Shown here: piece by piece, positions 58,004 to 64,000 of the stretch
Layout of the letters: every line of letters starts with the position of its first letter
How positions within the stretch are numbered: position 1 is the first letter of the stretch
Assembly (NCBI GenBank): GCA_965224495.1
Contig: CBDCZI010000025.1
Span: forward strand, 32,586 to 96,585
DNA from: Cytophagales bacterium
GTDB taxonomy: Bacteria; Bacteroidota; Bacteroidia; Cytophagales; JAAEPT01
Length of the DNA: 64,000 nt
Direction: 5' to 3'
Made by a program: the position numbers and the translations under genes
The notes under the pieces: model-generated
Told to the model about the DNA's origin: nothing
Seen by the model: only the letters and a program-made list of their open reading frames with translations
Database searches by the model: none

Positions 58004-60175
58004 ATGTCCAATATTGAAGAAAATAAAGCTTCCAAATTAGCTGCGCAATACATCAATACGACAAATAGACATATTTTCTTGACAGGAAAAGCAGGGACGG
58101 GTAAAACCACCTTTTTACGTAATTTAATTCAACACACCTACAAAAAAACCATCATTGTCGCTCCCACAGGTATTGCCGCGATAAATGCAGGAGGTGTGAC
58201 GATACATTCACAGTTTCAATTACCTTTTGGGACATTTGTACCCTCAAACGATTTTGTTATTCCTCCACATCTTGAAGGAAATATTCAAACACCTCGTACG
58301 CTTATTCAAAACCAACAAATGGGTGCTGTTAAGCGAAAAGCATTACGAGAAGTAGAGCTTTTGGTTATTGATGAGGTGAGTATGTTACGTGCTGATATAC
58401 TTGATGCAATGGATACTGTTTTACGCCGTATCCGAAGAAAAAATATTCCCTTTGGAGGATTACAGGTTTTATTTATTGGCGACTTATTACAACTTCCTCC
58501 CGTAGTCAAACAGCAGGAAGAACAGCTGTTAAAACCATTTTACAATAGTATTTTCTTTTTTAATGCACTGGCTCTACACCAAGACCCACCTGTATATATA
58601 GAGTTAGATAAAATATACCGTCAATCTAACCCTGAGTTTATTGGCGTTTTGAATAACCTTCGCCAAAATATTTTAACACCTAAAGACCAACATATTTTAA
58701 ATAAATATGTGCGAGAAGATTACGAAAATATTACTGACGAACAATACATTTTTCTTACTACGCACAACCAAAAAGCAGCGACAATCAACAGTAGAGAACT
58801 TGACCGTTTAGAGGAGTATTCTTATGACTTTGGAGCAGAAATATCAGGTGATTTCCCCGAAAAAATGTTTCCCGTAGATACGGTATTGACATTGAAAAAA
58901 GATGCACAGGTCATGTTTATCAAGAATGATTACTCAGGTGAACAAAAATATTTTAACGGGAAAATTGGTAAAGTTCATTCGCTAAGTAAAAACAAGATAG
59001 TTGTTCGATTTGACGACAGCTCTAAAGACGTAGAAGTCGAGCCTTACGAATGGGAGAATAAAGAATTTAAGCTTAACGAAAAATCGGGAGAGATTGAGGA
59101 AAAAGTAAAAGGGAGATACAACCACTACCCTTTGCGGTTGGCTTGGGCTATCACCATTCATAAAAGTCAAGGATTAACTTTTACTAAAGCCATTATTGAC
59201 CTGCAACACACCTTTGCTCCAGGGCAAATTTATGTGGCTCTTTCTCGACTAACTTCTTTAGACGGGCTTGTGTTGACTAAACCATTACATAACCCCAACT
59301 TGAGAAATGACGCAAGTGTAACCCGGTACCTGGCTTCACGTGAAGGAAAAGAAACACTGAACCAACGACTTGATGAAGAAACGAAGCATTACGTTTTTGA
59401 AGAGAACAAAAAAGTATTTGATTTTGCTTTTTTGAGTTACGCTTTTAATAAGTTAGTAGAAACTTTTGGTAAAGAGAAGCAACGTTCAAAAAAAGAAAAG
59501 GATATTGAATGGGTTACAGAAACACAACAAGAGGTGATTGCACTACTTGAAGTAGGAAGTAAGTTTAGCAAACACATAGAGCGAATAGCCCATAAAGAAG
59601 ATTACAAAGAGCAATTAGTGAAACGAGTGAGTGATGCACAAATGTATTTTGAGCCTTTACTGACCGACCTCATCAAAAAAATAGCTAAAAAACAAACGCT
59701 TTTGAAAGGTGAGAAAGGAGTGAAAACCTATTTAACTGACTTGAAGGATTTACAAGCATTGGTACAATTGAAATTGCAAAAAGTAAGTCAAATTGCTGTC
59801 TTTTCTCAAGCGATAATCAATAACGAAGAGTATGTAAAGGAGGTTAAGAAGCCTGTAACTATCCCGAAAGCAAAGAAAGAAGGCTCATATATGATTACTT
59901 ACCAGCTTTTTAAAGATGGTCTGTTTATCAAAAATATTGCAGAAGAAAGAAGTTTGACTGTTGCGTCAGTAGAAAACCATATCGCAAGGTGCATAGACGA
60001 AGGATTGTTGGCTATAAATAATTTCATTTCAGAAAAAGACATTGAAATTATCGTTACTGAAGCATCCAAAATGGATGAAATAACATTAACAGAATTAAAA
60101 AGCAGGTTTGAGGAAGATAAATATTCGTATTTCAAATTGAAGTTGGCATTGAGTACCATGCAAATAGAAAGCTAA
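58004..60175 (+). CDS. PIF1/RecD-like SF1 helicase (AAA ATPase) with C-terminal helix-turn-helix module
   Basis: 723 aa. Walker A GKAGTGKTT, Walker B LVIDEVSM, GDLLQLPPV, and C-terminal SF1 motif ITIHKSQGLTF...YVALSR. The last ~80 aa are HTH-like (VASVENHIARCIDEGLL). Confidence 0.75.
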   Translation: MSNIEENKASKLAAQYINTTNRHIFLTGKAGTGKTTFLRNLIQHTYKKTIIVAPTGIAAINAGGVTIHSQFQLPFGTFVPSNDFVIPPHLEGNIQTPRTLIQNQQMGAVKRKALREVELLVIDEVSMLRADILDAMDTVLRRIRRKNIPFGGLQVLFIGDLLQLPPVVKQQEEQLLKPFYNSIFFFNALALHQDPPVYIELDKIYRQSNPEFIGVLNNLRQNILTPKDQHILNKYVREDYENITDEQYIFLTTHNQKAATINSRELDRLEEYSYDFGAEISGDFPEKMFPVDTVLTLKKDAQVMFIKNDYSGEQKYFNGKIGKVHSLSKNKIVVRFDDSSKDVEVEPYEWENKEFKLNEKSGEIEEKVKGRYNHYPLRLAWAITIHKSQGLTFTKAIIDLQHTFAPGQIYVALSRLTSLDGLVLTKPLHNPNLRNDASVTRYLASREGKETLNQRLDEETKHYVFEENKKVFDFAFLSYAFNKLVETFGKEKQRSKKEKDIEWVTETQQEVIALLEVGSKFSKHIERIAHKEDYKEQLVKRVSDAQMYFEPLLTDLIKKIAKKQTLLKGEKGVKTYLTDLKDLQALVQLKLQKVSQIAVFSQAIINNEEYVKEVKKPVTIPKAKKEGSYMITYQLFKDGLFIKNIAEERSLTVASVENHIARCIDEGLLAINNFISEKDIEIIVTEASKMDEITLTELKSRFEEDKYSYFKLKLALSTMQIES

Positions 60176-60330
60176 TGAGCGAATGCCCCAAATGTAAAAA
60201 AACCTTTGTTTGTTGTTCTAAAACGACTTGTTGGTGTACTGAGTTTACACTGACCAAGCAACAGTTAGAAGACTTGAAAAAGGAATATGAAAATTGTCTT
60301 TGTCCTGCTTGTTTGAAAAAAATAGCGTAA
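60175..60330 (+). CDS. cysteine-rich CWC-type small protein (51 aa; below the ORF-track cutoff)
   Basis: Hand translation: MSECPKCKKTFVCCSKTTCWCTEFTLTKQQLEDLKKEYENCLCPACLKKIA. It has 10 Cys including C-x-x-C pairs and the C-W-C motif. The ATG overlaps the helicase stop (TAATG). Confidence 0.55.
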   Translation: MSECPKCKKTFVCCSKTTCWCTEFTLTKQQLEDLKKEYENCLCPACLKKIA

Positions 60331-60457
60331 TGCCCCAGCAACCTTACACAGACCAAACACAAAGACGAATGACAGTAAGAAGAGAGAGTCTCTCAAATTA
60401 TTTGCCTTCGTTTTTGGTAATTTCTCCTTTCCATCTTGCATAAAATCTAAAAAACGT

Positions 60458-60465
60458 TATTTTTG
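60458..60465 (+). promoter_or_regulatory. candidate TAnnTTTG -7 promoter box upstream of sucD
   Basis: TATTTTTG lies 48 nt upstream of the ATG at 60513. Motif match only. Confidence 0.3.
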
Positions 60466-60512
60466 TAAATCTATATATGTTATAACAGACCAATGGTCTT
60501 AAATTAAATACG

Positions 60513-61403
60513 ATGAGTGTATTAGTTGATAATAATTCTAAAGTGATTGTTCAGGGATTCACGGGTACTGAAGGTAGTTTCCACGCTGAGCAAATGATTG
60601 AGTACGGAACAAATGTTGTTGGTGGTGTTACACCAGGAAAAGGTGGGCAAACTCATCTTGGGAAACCTGTTTTTAACACAGTGGTTGACGCTGTAGAGAA
60701 AGCAGGAGCAAATGTTTCTATTATTTTTGTACCACCAGCATTTGCTGCGGATGCAATTATGGAAGCTGCTCAAGCAGGTATCGCTGTTGTGATTTGTATT
60801 ACAGAAGGTATTCCTGTGAAAGATATGATTCCTGTGAAAGATTATATCAAAAAACTAGGAACGACTTTAATCGGTCCTAACTGTCCAGGTGTGATTACGC
60901 CAGGTGAAGCAAAAGTTGGTATCATGCCAGGGTTTGTTTTCAAAAAAGGTAGAATTGGTATTGTTTCAAAATCAGGAACGTTGACTTACGAAGCTGCTGA
61001 CCAAATTGTAAAAGCTGGTTTAGGTGTTTCTACGGCTATCGGAATTGGTGGTGACCCAATCATCGGGACCTCTACTAAAGAGGCTGTAAAGTTGTTAATG
61101 AACGACCCTGAGACTGATGCAATCGTAATGATTGGAGAAATAGGTGGACAATACGAAGCTGATGCTGCAAAATGGATTAGAGCTGACGGTAACAAAAAAC
61201 CCGTTGTTGGTTTTATTGCTGGTCAAACTGCTCCTAAAGGGAAAAGAATGGGACACGCTGGTGCAATTATCGGTGGTGAAGATGATACAGCTGAAGCTAA
61301 AATGAGAATTATGGCAGAAAACGGTATCTTCGTTTCGAAGTCTCCTGCAGAAATTGGTGATACAATGTTGAAAGCATTAAAAGAAACGAGCGTTACTGCT
61401 TAA
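60513..61403 (+). CDS. sucD: succinate--CoA ligase (ADP-forming) subunit alpha
   Basis: 296 aa. [45 protein letters not shown], and the phosphohistidine loop RMGHAGAII. Confidence 0.95.
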   Translation: MSVLVDNNSKVIVQGFTGTEGSFHAEQMIEYGTNVVGGVTPGKGGQTHLGKPVFNTVVDAVEKAGANVSIIFVPPAFAADAIMEAAQAGIAVVICITEGIPVKDMIPVKDYIKKLGTTLIGPNCPGVITPGEAKVGIMPGFVFKKGRIGIVSKSGTLTYEAADQIVKAGLGVSTAIGIGGDPIIGTSTKEAVKLLMNDPETDAIVMIGEIGGQYEADAAKWIRADGNKKPVVGFIAGQTAPKGKRMGHAGAIIGGEDDTAEAKMRIMAENGIFVSKSPAEIGDTMLKALKETSVTA

Positions 61404-61420
61404 GTCTTTTAATTGAATAT

Positions 61421-61456
61421 AAAAAAAGGGAAGTCTTACGGCTTCCCTTTTTTTTA
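61421..61456 (+). terminator. rho-independent terminator after sucD
   Basis: GGGAAG TCTTACGG CTTCCC stem flanked by A7 and T9. Confidence 0.7.
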
Positions 61457-61727
61457 TGTCTATTTTTTAATTATTTGTGGAAATATAAAACTTTCTATTC
61501 TGAAATTGTATAGGAAGAATAAACCCCATAAGAATGGGTGAAAAACAAAAACAAGAAAGGGTAAGAGAAGTTATCCAGTTTAAAGGATTAGTAACTGAAG
61601 AGCAACATAATCAATAACAGAAAATACGCAAGCGTAAGAGAATGATAAAAGAAATTTTGTCTTGACCCCTCATAATACCAGAAAAAAACATAAAAAAAGC
61701 CCAATCAAATAAATGATTGAGCTCTTG

Positions 61728-61811
61728 TACTCGAGGCGGGACTTGAACCCGCACGGCGTTGCCGCCATTGGATTTTAAGTCCAACGTGTCTACCAATTCC
61801 ACCACTCGAGC
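61728..61811 (-). tRNA. tRNA-Leu (anticodon UAA), class II with long variable arm
   Basis: The reverse complement folds as GCTCGAG/CTCGAGT acceptor, GGTGGAATTGGTAGACAC D-region, anticodon stem TTGGA/TCCAA with loop CTTAAAA, long variable arm, and T-arm GCGGGTTCAAGTCCCGC. No encoded CCA. Confidence 0.9.
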
Positions 61812-61847
61812 ATCCACCGATAAATCGGTAATGTCTTTGTACTGTTG

Positions 61848-61920
61848 AGCGGAAGACGAGGCTCGAACTCGCGACCTCCACCTTGGCAAGGTGGCGCTCT
61901 ACCAGCTGAGCTACTTTCGC
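61848..61920 (-). tRNA. tRNA-Gly (anticodon GCC)
   Basis: Reverse complement is GCGAAAGTAGCTCAGCTGGTAGAGCGCCACCTTGCCAAGGTGGAGGTCGCGAGTTCGAGCCTCGTCTTCCGCT. It forms a cloverleaf with anticodon loop TTGCCAA and one A:C mismatch in the acceptor stem. Confidence 0.9.
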
Positions 61921-62005
61921 TTTAGTTTCATCACTCTTTCGTGATGGGAGTACAAAGGTACTATTTGCTTTTAATAAAACAATAAAATAGCACCTCTTTT
62001 TTATT

Positions 62006-62425
62006 TTATTTTACTCGTTTCCACGTTTGTGTACGGTAAAACCATCCGATATAACCTCTAACTTTCAGAACATCATTGCTTTCAAGCCAAATAGTACAAT
62101 CGTATGTTTTCCCGTTTTCAGGGTCTAATATCTCTCCATCAGACCACTCCTTACCGTCTTCTCCCAAACCTTTGATGATAAGCATTCCCTGTACTGGCTT
62201 GTTTTTTCTGTCGTCAGAACAAAGTTCACAGGTTTTATCTGCCTTCGCCTTGTCGTGAATGATTAAAACTTTACCATAAAGTTTAGTTCCCACTTTATAG
62301 ATTTCAATTACCGATTTGTTTTCTCCTGTATTGTCATCGTACGTATTCCATTTCCCTACGGGAGATTGCGCAAATAAAACAAACCCACTACAGGCTAAAA
62401 CTAAAGTTAAGATTACATTTTTCAT
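62006..62425 (-). CDS. DUF2147-like secreted protein
   Basis: Likely start MKNVILTLVLACSGFVLFAQ. GKWNTYDDNTGENKSVIEIYK...GKVL...CELC...KNKPVQGMLIIKGL...WSDGEILDPENGKTYDCTIWL...LKVRGY matches the DUF2147 pattern as I recall it. Confidence 0.6.
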   Translation of the reverse strand: MKNVILTLVLACSGFVLFAQSPVGKWNTYDDNTGENKSVIEIYKVGTKLYGKVLIIHDKAKADKTCELCSDDRKNKPVQGMLIIKGLGEDGKEWSDGEILDPENGKTYDCTIWLESNDVLKVRGYIGWFYRTQTWKRVK

Positions 62426-62426
62426 A

Positions 62427-62897
62427 TTATTTAATTGATTGGTTGTACAAATGAATAGCTTCAAACAAATGTTTGTCCGCTTTACTTATGATATAAAGTC
62501 CCGAAGCACTCGAAGCGACAATAGTTGCTATACCTCCTACCACAGAAACTGTACCAGTTAACACCGCTCCACCTGCTAAACCGCCGATGGTGATTACAGT
62601 TCCCCAAAGTCTTTTTCGTTTATACCTTTTTATTTGTTGCGTTGACACAGGGTTTTCTTTCAGTGCTTTGTGTAAATCTTTTGCTCTTTTTACTTTACGC
62701 CATTCAGTTTCTCCTTCAAAATGGAAGTATAAATCAAAATTATCATACGCATAATGATTTGTCGGAACATTGGTGTTGTAAAATGCAGAATCACTTTCGG
62801 TGTAATCCATAAAGGCGAGCTCTATCTTTTTATGCTCTTGAGCAAACGAAAGAAACGAAAACGTAATAAAGGTAATAAGAAGAATTATTTTTTTCAT
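62427..62897 (-). CDS. hypothetical secreted/membrane-anchored protein
   Basis: Likely start MKKIILLITFITFSFLSFAQ. One C-terminal Gly-rich TM segment (WGTVITIGGLAGGAVLTGTVSVVGGIATIVASSASGLYII). Confidence 0.4.
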   Translation of the reverse strand: MKKIILLITFITFSFLSFAQEHKKIELAFMDYTESDSAFYNTNVPTNHYAYDNFDLYFHFEGETEWRKVKRAKDLHKALKENPVSTQQIKRYKRKRLWGTVITIGGLAGGAVLTGTVSVVGGIATIVASSASGLYIISKADKHLFEAIHLYNQSIK

Positions 62898-62916
62898 AAG
62901 GTGGTTTTTAAATGAA

Positions 62917-64000
62917 TTAAGCGAATAATTCGGTGATGACATCAGTTATTTTGGATACAAAGACAAACTCCATATTGTATTTGTCTTTTTCTATTTTGTT
63001 GTATTTTGATAAAATAAATTTCTCAAAGCCTAATTTCTGAGCTTCAGCAATTCTGTTTTCAATTCGGTTAACCGCTCGCACCTCTCCACCAAGTCCTACT
63101 TCCCCTGCAAAACAAACTTTTGAAGGAATGCTTATCTCTTCTAAGGAAGAAATAATCGCACTACAAATTGCTAAATCAATGGCAGGGTCAATAATTTTTA
63201 TTCCTCCAGCAATATTAATAAAAACATCTTGCATTCCTAAACGAAAGCCTCCTCGTTTTTCTAATACCGCCAAAAGCATATTCAAACGCTTGGCATCATA
63301 ACCCGTACTACTTCTTTGTGGTGTCCCGTAAGCGGCGTTAGAGACCAAAGCCTGCATTTCTACCAACAACGGACGATTCCCTTCTAGCGAGGCTGTAATT
63401 GCCACGCCACTGGTGTAACTATCTCTTTGGTTAATTAGAATTTCTGAGGGGTTTTCTACCTGACGTAATCCTGCTCCTTGCATTTCATAAATTCCAATTT
63501 CCGAAGTCGAACCAAAACGGTTTTTTATCGTTCGTAAAATACGGTAGGTCATATGTCGGTCTCCCTCAAATTGCAACACCGTATCAACCATATGTTCCAA
63601 TACTTTAGGGCCAGCAAGATGACCATCTTTCGTGATATGACCGATTAAAAACACAGGAACACCTGATTCTTTAGCGTACTTCATAAATTCACCCGTACAT
63701 TCACGTATTTGACCTACACTACCTGCGGTAGATTCTAATTGGTTTGAGTGTAGGGTTTGAATCGAATCAATAACAACCAACTCAGGTTTTAACGATTTGA
63801 TTTGAGTGAATATATTTTGCGTTTCTGTTTCGGCTAAAATAAAGCAATCATCATTAGTGATACCGATACGCTCGGCTCTCATTTTGATTTGAGAATTACT
63901 CTCTTCTCCCGAGACGTAAAGTACTTTTTTGTTTTGAAGACTCAATGCCAACTGCAACATCAATGTCGATTTTCCAATCCCTGGCTCTCCACCGATAAGC
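62917..64000 (-). CDS. radA: DNA repair protein RadA/Sms (5' end beyond the window)
   Basis: The frame is open to the window edge (…GGEPGIGKSTLMLQLAL Walker A spans 63960-64000). KNRFG motif (IKNRFGSTSEIGIYEM) and a Lon-protease-like C-terminal domain (GGIKIIDPAIDLAICSAIISS...GEVGLGGEVRAV). Confidence 0.9.
   Translation of the reverse strand, partial: LIGGEPGIGKSTLMLQLALSLQNKKVLYVSGEESNSQIKMRAERIGITNDDCFILAETETQNIFTQIKSLKPELVVIDSIQTLHSNQLESTAGSVGQIRECTGEFMKYAKESGVPVFLIGHITKDGHLAGPKVLEHMVDTVLQFEGDRHMTYRILRTIKNRFGSTSEIGIYEMQGAGLRQVENPSEILINQRDSYTSGVAITASLEGNRPLLVEMQALVSNAAYGTPQRSSTGYDAKRLNMLLAVLEKRGGFRLGMQDVFINIAGGIKIIDPAIDLAICSAIISSLEEISIPSKVCFAGEVGLGGEVRAVNRIENRIAEAQKLGFEKFILSKYNKIEKDKYNMEFVFVSKITDVITELFA

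Noticed and set aside
58004-60175. The PIF1/RecD-like helicase as part of an anti-phage defence system.
   Set aside because: Its neighbours are housekeeping genes (rluB, scpB, sucD), and no nuclease, methylase or effector partner is nearby. It looks like the conserved Bacteroidota helicase-HTH protein.
61611-61889. 92-aa minus-strand ORF.
   Set aside because: It is made up almost entirely of the tRNA-Leu and tRNA-Gly genes and the spacer between them.
1-64000. Prophage, integrative element, restriction-modification, toxin-antitoxin, retron or Cas content.
   Set aside because: None of the ORF translations shows integrase, recombinase (other than the one DDE transposase), terminase, capsid, methyltransferase, reverse transcriptase or Cas signatures.

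Overview
Low-GC Bacteroidota (Flavobacteriia-like) chromosomal window. This rests on TAnnTTTG-type promoter boxes, seven T9SS C-terminal sorting domains (CTDs), a fused CcsBA and a Rho with a long charged insertion. 1-11.2 kb holds intact accessory metabolism: a secreted cyclophilin, a beta-lactamase-like hydrolase, an AraC regulator, an amidase, a Na+/solute symporter, and a cysteine dioxygenase plus CSAD-like decarboxylase pair. 11.2-24.5 kb looks accessory or decaying: a truncated gene, an orphan GG-leader peptide, and five consecutive transcription units, each broken only by +/-1 indels in A/T homopolymers. 24.6-33.2 kb is intact again: a beta-helix T9SS protein, an esterase-like protein, and a porin divergent from a Na/Pi cotransporter with Pho-box-like repeats between them. 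33.3-37.6 kb is rearranged DNA: a DDE transposase, orphan hairpins, a 5'-truncated LRR gene, a RayT-like fragment and REP-like hairpins. At about 38,552 one ORF runs straight from a complete T9SS CTD into the C-terminal ~470 aa of a PorZ-like propeller protein, and composition appears to become GC-richer there. I read this as an assembly chimera or a genomic-island/deletion boundary. 40-64 kb is core housekeeping: ccsBA, moeB-like, ECF sigma, serS, a 2145-aa repeat adhesin, rho, scpB, rluB, a helicase, sucD, tRNA-Leu, tRNA-Gly and radA. I found no CRISPR, cas, restriction-modification, reverse transcriptase or prophage genes. The most notable items are the chimeric junction, the eukaryote-like CDO/CSAD (hypotaurine) pair, and the homopolymer-frameshift cluster.
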